Positions 24,569-37,017 of a DNA stretch of 64,000 nucleotides are shown here, in pieces. Each line of letters begins with the position of its first letter. Position 1 is the stretch's first letter. A program made the position numbers and the translations under genes. Source of the DNA: Entomortierella parvispora E1425 (lineage: Eukaryota > Fungi > Mortierellomycota); assembly GCA_020891255.1 (NCBI GenBank), contig BQFW01000007.1, forward strand, positions 2,886,984-2,950,983. The letters are read 5' to 3'. The notes below the pieces were generated by a model that was not told the DNA's origin, ran no database searches, and saw only the letters and a list, made by a program, of their open reading frames with translations.

Positions 24569-26179
24569 ATGGTCTACAAAGTCGGTATGTCTTCTAATCC
24601 CTCGCTTCGCTCTCAGGACAGGCGTCAGATCAACCGTCATCTCGAAGATGTCCTGGTTCCCCTGGAATCTGGGACATTTCTAGAAATCGTGTGTGATCAC
24701 CCCGTTCCCACACTCCAGATCTAGAGAATCCGTCTGCTCGAAGCTTGAACTGACCCCTTTCCTTTCATTTTTCTATTTTCTGCAATGGTTGCGACTTTCA
24801 GCTGATATCAGCCTTGCCGCTTTCGGTCGCAAGGAGATCGAGCTCGCCGAGAACGAGATGCCCGGTCTCATCGCTCTTCGCCAGAAGTACGGACCCTCCC
24901 AGGTCCTCAAGGGCGCCCGCATTGCTGGTTCCCTCCACATGACCATCCAGACCGCTGTCTTGATCGAGACCTTGACTGCTCTCGGTGCTGAGGTTACCTG
25001 GACTTCCTGCAACATTTTCTCCACCCAGGACCACGCCGCTGCCGCCATTGCCGAGTCCGGTGTCCCCGTAAGTGCCTTTGTCCCAGGAGCAGGAACAGAC
25101 TGACCCATGATCAATTGAGAGAACCGGATTTTAACCACAGTTTGCTCATGTCCTTCTCTATGAAATAGGTCTTCGCCTGGAAGGGTGAGACTGATGAGGA
25201 GTACATGTGGTGCCTCGAGCAGCAGCTCCTCGCCTTCAAGGATGGCAAGGGCCCCAACCTGATCTTGGACGATGGTGGTGATTTGACCACCCTCATCCAC
25301 GAGAGCCACCCCAACCTCTTGGCTGAGATCAAGGGTATCTCGGAGGAGACCACCACCGGTGTCCACCACTTGTACAAGATGCTCAAGGAGAACAAGCTCA
25401 AGGTTCCCGCCATCAACGTCAACGACTCTGTCACCAAGTCCAAGTTCGACAACCTCTACGGATGCCGCGAGTCCCTCATTGATGGAATCAAGCGCGCCAC
25501 CGACGTCATGATCGCCGGTAAGGTCGCCGTTGTTGCCGGATACGGTGATGTCGGTAAGGGTTCCGCTGCTGCCCTCAAGGGTATGGGTGCCCGTGTCATC
25601 GTCACCGAGATCGACCCCATCAACGCTCTCCAGGCTGCTATGGAGGGTTACGAGGTCACCACCATGGAGGAGGCCGTCAAGGAGGCCAACATCTTCGTCA
25701 CCACCACCGGCTGCCGTGACATCATCCGCGGTGAGCACTTCTCTGTCATGAAGGATGACTCCATTGTCTGCAACATTGGTCACTTCGATATCGAGCTCGA
25801 TGTCGCTTGGTTGAAGAAGAACGCCGTCAACCACGTCAACATCAAGCCCCAGGTTGACCGCTTCCAGGTCGCCTCCGGCAACCACATCATCCTTTTGGCT
25901 GAGGGTCGTCTTGTCAACTTGGGATGCGCCACTGGCCACCCTTCGTTCGTCATGTCCAACTCCTTCTCCAACCAGGTCTTGGCTCAGATCGCTCTCTGGA
26001 CCGACATTGAGTCCTACCCCTTGGGCGTCCACATGCTCCCCAAGAAGCTCGATGAGGAGGTCGCTGCCTCTCACTTGGCCAAGATTGGTGTCAAGCTCAC
26101 CAAGTTGACTCCCGTCCAGTCCGAGTACCTCGGCCTCAACCCCGAGGGTCCCTTCAAGCCCGAGCACTACCGCTACTAA
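24569..26179 (+). CDS. SAH1: S-adenosyl-L-homocysteine hydrolase
   Basis: MVYKV|[70 protein letters not shown]. Confidence 0.98.
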
Positions 26180-26578
26180 ATGTGGTCTCGCGAAGGCGGT
26201 GACCCCTAGGGCACACTAGTAAATAACATGACCAATTCAACTTGTACCATATTTCCCACCAAAACTTCCTGTATTATCTTGCCCTCATCATCGCACCCGT
26301 AATCGTGCTTTCCGTTTTTTCCCCTTCTTTATTTGTTCTCCTGCCCAAAGGCAGGTAGGCAATGCTTTGTTCAACCATTCGAGAAGAATAAAACATCTTT
26401 AAAAACAGACCAGTGAGAGAGAGAAAGAGGGGGAGAATGAAGAAAGACTTTCATCGACTCGCGTTGATACACGTGACGCTACATGATGCACGATGGATAT
26501 GTATTGCGTGAAGGGGGCAGGACCACACCAACCGTCTTTCCTCTCTGTCCAGCTCCATACATTCATTCATTCTATGCA

Positions 26579-29124
26579 ATGAGCTCCTCTGGCGGTTCCT
26601 CTTCCTCTCCAGGACACCACGCGGGATCTCCCTCCCAGCTCGCAGCGCCAGTCGCGTCCGCTTTGGCTTCCGCTTCGTCATCAGCGGCATCATCCACGTT
26701 CCCCTCTCCCATCCAGTCCGCCACATCACCGCGTCTCATGCCATCAAAATCACGACCCACCACTGCTCTCGTCTTTGGACAGCAGTCGCAGCCACATGCA
26801 CCCGAGTCGCTTCCTGGCGATGAGTTCATGCTACCTTCCTCTCGTGAACAGTCATCCAAGACCCATCTTATTCACCCCGTGCGACATGCCCCCCGTCCGC
26901 GACAAGGGGTGAATGCAGTTGGTTTAGGGTTGGATCAGGACACAACGTCGGAGACAAGTGAGGATGTCGATGGTCGCCTGACAGATACCGAAGGCGATCC
27001 TCGAGAGGGAACACCAGTACTCGGAAGACCGACCGTTGTAGATGAGAATACAGCCCATAGTTCGACGGCGCTCGAGTCGTTGAAGGAGATTGAGGAGCAC
27101 GACCACGAAGGACGTTTGAACAGAGGCATGGAATCCCGGCATCATGCAGGTGAACAGGATCAAAGTAGCGAAGCGGGCAGCACAGGAAGCTTAGATCCAC
27201 ATTCTGAGGCCACATTGGACCCGGCACTCTTCAGAGGTGAGGAGCGAGATGTACATTGAGAAGATTCTCTTGACAAAAGTTATTGACCTGATCTCACCAT
27301 GACGCCACGATATAGACAAACTAAAGATACTAGAGCCCAAAGCAGCAACAAGTCGGCCGTCGTCCCGTCTTCGTAGAACAGTCTCCAACAAGTCGTATGA
27401 TTCGGATGATATCTCAAACAACCACGGTGGCTACCAAAAGCATTATGGCGACGAGGACCACACAACTGGAGCATGGACGGCCCACCGCAAACATTTCTTC
27501 ATCCTCAGCAGTGCAGGAAAACCCATATACGCGCGCTATGGAGACGAGTCAAGGATATCAAGTTATATGGGCGTCATTCAAGCACTGATCAGCTTCTTTG
27601 CCGACAACGAGGATTCTCTAAGATGTATCAATGCAGGTCAGCATAAGTTTGTGTTTTTGATAAAATCGCCTCTATACTTGGTGGCCGTGTCACGCACTGG
27701 AGAATCAGAGACTCAGGTATTGCACCAATCGCCAATATTGAGGAAAATGAGGGCCATTTTACTACAAAGAAGTTGTTCTAACTCATTTTTATGTTCTGGA
27801 AGCTTCGGGACCAGCTCGGCTATCTGTATTCACAAATTATCAGCGTTCTCACACATGCGCAGATGACACGGATATTCGAGCAGCGAAACAACTTTGACCT
27901 ACGAGGCCTGATCGGTGGCACAGAGATCTTTTTGGACAGTCTTGGCAAGCTTATGAACTCGTATCCTGGGTTCATGCTTAGCGCCATCCAATGCCTGACA
28001 ATGCCCAAAGAATTACGCGACAAAGTAGGCGGTGTTCTTGGGCGTGCAAAGTGCAAGGTAAGTTCATCTGTGAGATCTTTACTACCTATGAGTGCAATCG
28101 TAACCGTAGAACCCATTGGCCGATCTTACTCACTATTTTCAAACATCTTTTTAACAATAGTCTTTGTTGTATGCCATCCTGTTGACGCCGACTCAATTGA
28201 TCACGCTTTTGAGACCGAGAACACATTCGCTCCACCCTTCAGACTTGCATCTTATTTTCAACCTACTCTCAGGATCTACGACGTTCGAAAGCTCGGAGTC
28301 TTGGACGCCAATTTGTTTACCAAAGTTCAACAACAAGAGCTTCTTGCATGCGTACATTTGTTACATTGCAAAGAACGTGTGCATGTTGCTCATCTCACCT
28401 GACAAGGATAGCTTTTTTGAGATGTCTCAAGTGAAACAGACTGTAGTGGAAGGCTTGGAGGCTAGTGGAATGCTTAGCTCGCTTGAAGACTACGCCGCAG
28501 CAGGAACTCGTGGCGGATTCAATGCCAGTAAGAAACAAAAAAGAGAATAGCCCTCATTGGTTTGACAAATGACTGCTGAGTATCGAGCTACCGTTCTTAC
28601 AAAGACTTGGTACGTCCTTTTTTTCACTAGGTGACACTGGTATACCAGGCTTGAGACATTTCCTCTACAAATCCAGGACTCATGTGCAATTCACCATGCC
28701 CGAGCTCACGGACCCATATACCAGTCTCTCCGCCAAGAAGCGGCTTTTGCGGCAATACAAGCATATGAACGAGAGGATGCATAGGAAGTCACGGCCGCTA
28801 AAGCTACTTTTTCATTCAAGCGAGCACGAAACAATGCTTGGTTGGGTAAGAATGACACATTCACGGGCATTGACTCTTCGACCCTTTGACTGTTTTAGAC
28901 ATATCCAACCGGTCTTCTGACGCCTTTCTTATGCTTGATTCGTCATTCCAAAAAAAAAAAAAAAAAAATAGGTCACTTCCGCGTTTGAGCTGTATGTTGC
29001 ATTTGGACCGCTGGTATCGAAAAGTGCAGTGGTGCTGATGTCGAACAAACTTCTAAAGTGGATTCGTAAACAGGAAGATAGTCTTCTCATCCTTAACTCA
29101 CCCAGCTTTGAAAAGTTCAAGTAA
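26579..29124 (+). CDS. MON1: Vacuolar fusion protein Mon1 (Ypt7/Rab7 GEF subunit)
   Basis: KHFFILSSAGKPIYARYG, LYLVAVS, FDLRGLIGGTE, LHPSDLHLIFN, WTPICLPKFN, LRHFLYKS, FELYVAF across several exons. Confidence 0.92.
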
Positions 29125-29235
29125 AAAAAAGTAGTTTGTCCAGGAAAAGAACGCCACTGAAGGGTTTATTTTGTACAGTGGGTCTTACATGAGCTATACT
29201 AGGCACTGCTACGTCTTATTTGTAACTCGAAATAC

Positions 29236-29580
29236 TCATTTCTTCAGAGTAAAAACTCCAGATTGAGCAGTCTCGTCGGTGCCTTGGTCCTTGTACGAGG
29301 CAAAGACGTAGAATGAGGTCTTGACAGAGATGACAAGGTATTTTTTCAATACCTTGAACGTGAAACCATGATCAACAAGGTCGCGAATATGTGTGGATCC
29401 AAGAGGACTACTAGGACCAGGGTGTGCAAGGTTCTTTTGGAGAGTGAGTTGAACCACAGGATTCTTCTTGTAGAGCTCGCTAGATTTTCCACCGGTAACT
29501 GTGGCCTTGACCAGAACATTGTCGTTAACATGGAACACCGCATTCTGCTTGGGGTTTGTGAGCGTGAGGGTGGGGGACAT
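29236..29580 (-). CDS. Hypothetical 114-aa beta-rich protein without signal peptide
   Basis: Intronless ORF starting MSPTLTLTNPKQNAVFHVNDNVLVKATV; the alternating hydrophobic pattern suggests a beta-sandwich. Confidence 0.6.
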   Translation of the reverse strand: MSPTLTLTNPKQNAVFHVNDNVLVKATVTGGKSSELYKKNPVVQLTLQKNLAHPGPSSPLGSTHIRDLVDHGFTFKVLKKYLVISVKTSFYVFASYKDQGTDETAQSGVFTLKK

Positions 29581-30266
29581 GGGGTTTCTTTTTGTTCTTG
29601 TGGGAGAAGCAGAGAGTAGGTTGGCTATGAGAGGAGCGAATGAATTGAAGAGTTCTGTTTGACACAGTTTGACAGTTAAATACGAGAAAGTCCCTGGCAA
29701 GCGCGCATCTTTTTTTAGAAGTGTGTAGACCCGGTACAGTTACGATGGACAGGGGATCATGAGCGGCGGCTGGACTGCAGACGCCGCGTTTTTTTTTGCA
29801 GCGAGGGTTTCCTTTTGTGCCTATTTCCCCCCCTTGTGCCAAAAGCCAAATTTAGGACGTGAAGATGGGACGCGCCAGAGTGCCATTGTGGAACAGCGCC
29901 CCGTAAGCAATGTCTTTCGTCACCGAAACCGCGGTAGAGGGCGCGGCACGTAAATGTCCAAGTATGTGCTGCGCCAGACCGCATTTGTCAGCTGACCACC
30001 TCAATCTCGCTCTCAACATGCAGCGCCATCAAGATCAACAGAGTATTTAAATGTGCGATCGCTCCCATTGTTGTCTGTTCTCTGTTCTGCCTTGTCTCCT
30101 TCCCATTCCATCCTTTACCCCTCGATCCCTGGAGTTTGCACGTCCCTTCTCTCTTGCGTACATCATCATCCAGGAGACGAAACCCATCACACGCACACAC
30201 AAAAGCATAGACGCGTTTCACCCATCCACAATTAATTGATCTGTTGTCGCGTAATTAAATCATACC

Positions 30267-33200
30267 ATGTTCAACACTGGATTCAATTCTGGCGGCAGCG
30301 GCTTTGGCGCTCAGCAGCAGCAGAATACTGGATTCGGAGGAGGACAAAGCGCGTTCGGATCAACAAGTAAGTCGAGTTGTTCATTCTTTTTTGAAATCGA
30401 TCATTATGCAACTGTCTAACTTCTTTTTGAATATGTTTTCGTAGGCACTTTTGGAGCTCCCGCTACAGGATTCGGCGCTGCAGCTAATACTGGCTTTGGC
30501 GGTGCTGCTCAGAACACTGGATTCGGAGCTGCGCCTGCAACTGGCGCATTTGGAGCCGCGCCTGCTACTTCAGGCTTTGGAGGCGGTGAGTTCTCGAGGA
30601 GTCATGGCAGATGATGAAAAAATTCACCCCGCCTTGCTCGTACGTAGTTTCTAACACTCGATCATGGTCTATTGTCTATAGGCGGCTTTGGTGGATCCTC
30701 CACCGGATTTGGCGTACAGGCACAGGCACAGCCCCAGACTGGATTTGGCGGATCAGCATTTGGAGGTACGTGAAAGTGCTTGCTTCAGCCTGCGTTATCG
30801 TCTTGGCATCGAGAAGATCATTAATCATCCCCCTGTCCTTCTGTCCTATCAATATAGCCACAAACACTCCTGCGAGCGCAGGAGGATTCGGCGGATTTGG
30901 ATGTAAGCAAATCGCCTCTCTTGCCAGCTGGTTGAGTTGATACATCTACAGTTACTAATCGCTGCTTTATCTCCGTGATTGCCTCATATAGCTTCTTCAA
31001 CTACATCTGGATTTGGTTCAGGATCTGCGTTCGGTGCCAAACCAGCAGCGACTGGATTTGGAGCACAGCCTTCCGGATTCGGAGCAGCAGCTAACACCGG
31101 CTTTGGTGGTAATAGACCGATGGATTCTCCGGGATATGGCGCGAGGACTTGAACCTGGCCAGTGACTAATATATTCTTTAATACTCTTTCGTCATAGCGA
31201 ACACAAATGCTTTCGGAGGCGGTGGAATGCTGGGAGGCGGCGCTGCCATGGGCGGGGCTGCTGGAGGCACAGGAACCGTGAACCCGGCCTTTGCACCTTA
31301 CATTGAAACAGAAGGCTCCACAGGTCAAAAGAGTCACTACCAAAGTATTACAGCCATGCCTGCTTACAGAGGATACTCATTTGAGGTAAGTTGACCTGGA
31401 TCAGCGCTTTTATGTGTTGCATTTCTTTGTCTTGATATCGCTAACACAATAACACATGTTGCACTACTGTTTAATAGGAGCTTCGCCTACAGGATTACCA
31501 GCAGGGTCGCAAATTCCCAGGACAGGGAGGAGGCTTTGGTGCTGCAGGTGGATTCGGCCAACAGCAGCAACAACCGGCAACCACAGGATTTGGCGCACAG
31601 CCCACTACTGGCTTTGGAGCCCAGCCATCGACCCTCGGAGGATTTGGAGGCGGCTCGACTGGCTTCGGTGGTGCGGCTTCAACTGGCTTTGGCTCTACAG
31701 GCTTTGGTCAAACTGCCAATACTACAAGTAAGTATCTTTGAAGAGTACCATGTTGCAGAGATTATACAGGAAGCAACATTCTGACCTTTTCTTTTCCAAT
31801 AGCTGGTTTTGGAGCACAGCCTGCTACTACTTCTTCGGGATTTGGTGGCGGTACGTCCGCATTTGGAGCACCTGCCGCCACTGGCTTTGGTGCTGCCGCA
31901 ACTTCAGGTTTTGGCACCGGCGGAGGTTTTGGCGCTGCAGCCGCGAAGCCCGCAACAGGATTTGGAGGGTTCGGAGCACCAGCCACCAGTCAACCTGCAA
32001 CTGGGTTTGGGGCCGGTACAGGCGCGTTCGGAGCAGCCGCACCCTCTACAGGGTTGTTTGGAGCTACCGGCACTGGAGCAACGTCCGCATTTGGTGCACC
32101 AGCTACTAGCACGACTTCCGGCTTTGGAGGCTTTGGAGCACCACAAACGTCAACCGCACCCGCATCTACTGGCCTCGGGTTTGGCGGATTAGGGGCAGGA
32201 GGTGCCTTTGGGGCAGCTAAGCCCGCGACAACGTCGCTCTTTGGAAACCCAGCAACTTCGACGGCGGCTCCTGCTTTTGGAGGATTCGGCACTACACCCG
32301 CCTCTGGAGCTGGAGGTCTCTTTGGCGGAGCTTCAGGAGGCTCGTCTCTATTCCCTGCAACTTCTACTTCCTCGACAGGAGGACTTTTTGGTGGAGGAGC
32401 CACTGCCGCGCCTGCGTTTGGAACATCCACGGCATCCACTGGCCTCTTTGGAGCTAAGCCAGCGACCACAGGTGGACTCTTTGGACAAACAGGATCTACT
32501 GGCTTTGGTGCCGCCCCATCTTTTGGAACTGGTGCCACTCAGCCATCTACTCTTTTTGGAGGAGTTGGAACTGCTGGTGCTTTTGGAGCGAGTACTACTG
32601 GCACTGGATTGTTCGGAGGCGCCGCCAACACCGTTGCGACACAGCCTGCAATGGTTGCTTCCGTGAATGGCAACATTTATGGCGATAACCCGCTTTTCCA
32701 GAGAGACACAACCGCGCCTGCTGCGAAATCGCAGCCCGCTGTATTGTCTCGTTCAGAGCCGGCCCAGAAACTTCCTGCCCATATTCCTCCAGTTCGCTTC
32801 AGTCCCCGGCACACTCAGATCCGTCTTCGCCCTACATCAACCGCAACTTTCTCCTCGAGCGTTTCCTCTGCAGGAGATCTTTCAGTGGGTAGGAAGAGTC
32901 TCTTGCTCCTGGATGGTATCAATGACGAGTCTGCCTTTTCTTCAGATGACTATGCACCAAGAAGAAGTGTCAAGAAGCTGGAGTTAAAGCCAAGAGGTCA
33001 GGAGCCAACCCAGATCCAGGATGGTCTTAGCGGCTATGGTGTCACCTTCAACTCGACCCTGGAATCTGCCGCTGCGGACTCTATTTTCCGTGTTCGTGCA
33101 AACACGGACCGTCTCACAGGAGCGTCTAGCAGAGAAGGTGCTGAACTTTCGACCACCAGCTTCCCTCAAGCAGTTGATCGTGCTGACAGCTCCTTACATG

Positions 33201-36200
33201 CCACGGCAGCACAGTCCGACAAAGCTCTTGGCGAATACTGGATGGAGCCCTCTTTGGAAGAGCTGCGCAAGATGACACGCTCAGAGCTTCAGAGCGTCAA
33301 GAACTTCAAGGTTGGCCTTCCCGAGTACGGAAGTGTCGATTTCTTGGAGCCTGTTGACTTGACAACGGTGCCTTCGTTGTCATCAATCTGTGGCCATATC
33401 GTGATCTTTTCCCACAAAGTCTGCAAGGTCTATCCTGATGAGCACAACAAACCCCCTCGCGGCCAAGGTCTGAACGTTCCCGCCATCATCTCTTTGGAGC
33501 GTTGCTGGCCTCTTGACAAGCGCACTCGGGAGCCCATCAAGTTTGATAAATCGAACCCATTGTACGCTCAGCATTTGAAGCGTCTCAAACGCCAGGACGA
33601 GACTACCTTTATGGACTTTATCACCGATAATGGTACATGGACTTTCCGTGTCGAGCACTTTTCGGAGTATGGCTTGTCGGACGATGATGAGGAGGAGAGC
33701 GTGGTTGCCGACCCCAATGCGGCTGGTCGTCGTACTCTTGCCAGCACATCCATCAACAGTGCACCCATGCCTCAGCATGTGCCCGTGGCGCGCCAAGCCT
33801 CTTTGCTGGATGACATGGACACCGATATGGGTAGAGTCCACACGGATTCACTCCGTAACTCATCAGCGCTTTCCAGAAACCGCGACCCTCAGCGATTGAA
33901 TACAATGCACATGTCAATGTTTTCGAACGTTGATCAAGAACAAAGGCGTCGATCCAAACGCTCCAGTGTCTGGTCTACCTTGTCAGACAGCAGCGAGCGG
34001 TCCAATACCAGAATGGAGCATGCTGACGGCTTTGAGGCCGAGGTAAGCGTTGGTGTGATCTAAGGATATGGATCTTGGAGTATACATCTGACCAAGGGGT
34101 GAGACGACCTGCAACCAACCTTGGAGCGCTGGGAAGTCGACACAGTTGTTTTCGAACATTCGCCCTCAATGCGCTCCCACGCTTCTTCCTGCCCTCTTTT
34201 ACAATTACTATTACTATTATTTGATTCTGCGAATAAAAGGCCAACTTCAACTGACATTTTTTTTCTTTTTTATTTTTATATTTCTCTCGCTCGCTCGCTC
34301 GTCCGCCAGACTCGACCATCCTTCCAGGAGGAATTCAGCGGTCAGGGATCGCTTTTGATGAGACCTCCACGAAAGTTCACTCGATCGCTGTACGACCAGT
34401 CATTGCTTAATAGAAAGGGGAATCTCTTGGCCGATGCCGGTCTAATGATGGGTCGGTCTTGCAGAGTTGGATGGGGACCGAACGGCATGCTGGCGGTTTG
34501 CGGCACTCTTTGCAGCTTTGAAAGTGTGAAGGAGAGGTAAGGAGTCGCCATCATCTAATTTGCGCCCTCTAGAATTTAAAAGCTATTTGACTGACTCATG
34601 TTTTTTTTTATTTTTTTATCTTTATAATGTAGGCCTACTGGAGCGAGTCGAGGATCAGAGTTACAGCAGGAGTCACCTTCGTCTGTGAAACTCACAAAGC
34701 TACCTGTTGTTTTCGACTCCAAAGAGGTTGAGATTCGGAGACACACCGTTTCCTTACAGGCGCAGCTTCAAAACACGACCATCACTCTGGATCAGAATGG
34801 TCGACCAAAGGCAGACATCAGAGATGGCACTTCATTCACAGCAATGATGGAGTCGCTCAAGAATCTAGACCACAATTTGTCTGTCGAAGAGGTCAATGCT
34901 TGGACTCTTGGACAGGCTTTGTTTGACACGCAGCCAACTCCTTCGGATATTGCCTCTCTGCCAGAATCAGCAAAGGAGTCGTATGTCATCGTCGGCAGGA
35001 GAGTTCGTTGCTGTAATTGGCTCTCTCGCGTCACTAAACCTCAGCTGGAGGCTGACCTCGCGCGAGTCAATGAGTCTGGAAAGGCGGAGGATGCCATTTT
35101 CCCACTCTTGGTGAGCAACAAGCGCCAAAAAGCAACGGTGACGGCGGTACAGTCAGGAAACCTTCGCCTGGCTACCTTGCTGTCACAGTCATGCCGTGGA
35201 TCCCGGCCTCTTACTGGAGTTCTGGAGCAGCTGCGTCTGTCCATGACAAGCGGAGCTGATGATATGCCGACTTTTTACCGCAAGGTCTATGCTCTTTTGA
35301 GCGGAGCATTGACCATGAATGTTGCGCCACGCGGACAGCAGCAGGCAACAGTGTCAGATGGACTGGATTGGAGAAGAACGTTTGGGCTCTACCTTTGGTT
35401 CAATGATACGCCGGGCACCAACCTCCAAGAGGCCGTGGATGCATACGTGTTGGCAATGACTAAGAGCAAGACCGTGTCACGCCCTATACCTTGGTACCAA
35501 AACTCGGCTGGTCCTTCAAGTGTGGAACAAACTCATTTCGACTTTCAGTTCCAGCTGATGTCGTTGCTGACGCAGCCAAAGATGAGTCTTGAGGATGCTC
35601 TGAACCCTCTTGGGATGACCTCTTCCCCGTTCGATTCACGTCAAGGCTGGCTTTTCTACATGCTGCTGTCAAGGTCGTTGCGTCTGAGCGGGTTCCGTTC
35701 CAAAACGTCCTATTCCAAGCTTTGCGAGGATTTCATCTTCCAACTGGAGTGCTTAGGTCTGTGGGAGTGGGCCGTTTTTGTGGCCTTGCATCTTGAATCT
35801 GCCGATATCAGGGAGCAAACAGTTCGACAGTTGCTGGAAAGGCATGTTGATCTCCCCACCCGGGACACTCGCGTGGACGATCGACTTTCCAACGAGGACC
35901 TGAGTCGCTGGACGGGCGAGAGCGAGAAGAGCTCTTTCGTCGTCAAGACCCTTTGTGTTCCAGAGGAATGGTTATGGGTTGCACGTGCAAACCGAGCTAA
36001 GTACAACGGCGACCTGTCTCTGGAAGTGTTTAGTTTGATCAAGGGAGGCGAGCACCAAAAAGGACATGCCCTCATCTTGTCCAGCCTGGCTCCAACATTT
36101 GTCCTTCAAGATGATTTGGTCACCCTGGGTTCTCTCTTGGCAATGGTAGACCAGAGCAAGGTCACCATGTGGTCAACTGGTGGAGCCATCTATCAGAAAT

Positions 36201-36681
36201 ATTTGGACTGCTGCTCAGACTCTGAGGGCAAGTTGGGTCGCATTCGGTTAGGAAGCAAGGTCACCTACGCCCACGATCTTGTTCCTCAACAAGATCTCAA
36301 GGATCTGGAAGAAGAGGCAACGTCGCTGCTGGCAGAGCTCCCCTCTCTCTTGAACTACAAGACGGACCCATCTACAACACTGTTGGATGTCGCTGTGGCT
36401 GAGATGGCGTCCCGATGCACTCGACTTTTGCGAGACCTGAAAGATATGGCAAGTGGGTCAACCTGGGGCCAGGCTGGGTAGATGCAATATGTATATCTCT
36501 TTCAGTTTTACTAACCTGAGATCCATTGAATGTCTTTTTTCGTACCTTTTAGTCGCTTGAGGAGAGCTCGAACTGGACGGATCTGCCCTTGACGGAGGAT
36601 CAGAGAATGAACACTGTTCAGAAGATTAGCAACAACTATTTTGATGAACTCTTGTCGTTTGCTGAAACCTCTGCCTTCTGA
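30267..36681 (+). CDS. NUP98: Nucleoporin Nup98-Nup96 precursor
   Basis: FG/GLFG exons, GLEBS motif (YQSITAMPAYRGYSFE|ELRLQDY), autoprotease domain ending WTFRVEHF/S, Nup96 region (LDWRRTFGLYLWF, QLECLGLWEWAVFVALH); last exon via a GC-AG intron 36449-36552. Confidence 0.96.
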
Positions 36682-37017
36682 TCGCACCCTGCCTCCGTGC
36701 AAATAGAAGAGTGTTCAGACGAGAGAAACAAGGACAAGGACAACGTCAACAAAAAACGAATGGCCACAACAATAACAACAGCAATAAAGATTAGTTTCAA
36801 ACATCACCAAAGAGGGGAGAGGAGGACATGGCCGTTCGAGGCTGCATGCGATACCAGGGCCTGCACCAAGCAGAATGCTCAGATCGAGATAAGGTTATGA
36901 GCAATTTAGCGCAATTCTGCTTGTATTGTTTTCTCGGTCGTTGGAGCCTTCCTGTGGTTAAACTCATCATCCCTTTCTCATCTACCTTGCATTTCGGCCC
37001 GATCCATTTCAATTCTC

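Noticed and set aside
24644-24682. Imperfect hairpin in the SAH1 first intron as a riboswitch or H/ACA RNA
   Set aside because: The stem has mismatches and a bulge, there is no H box or ACA in position, and it resembles no riboswitch I can recognise; covariation analysis would be needed.
24773-26167. 464-aa antisense ORF over SAH1 (likewise 52058-52909 over ADO1 and antisense ORFs over UGP1)
   Set aside because: Expected shadow of strong C-ending codon bias in highly expressed genes.
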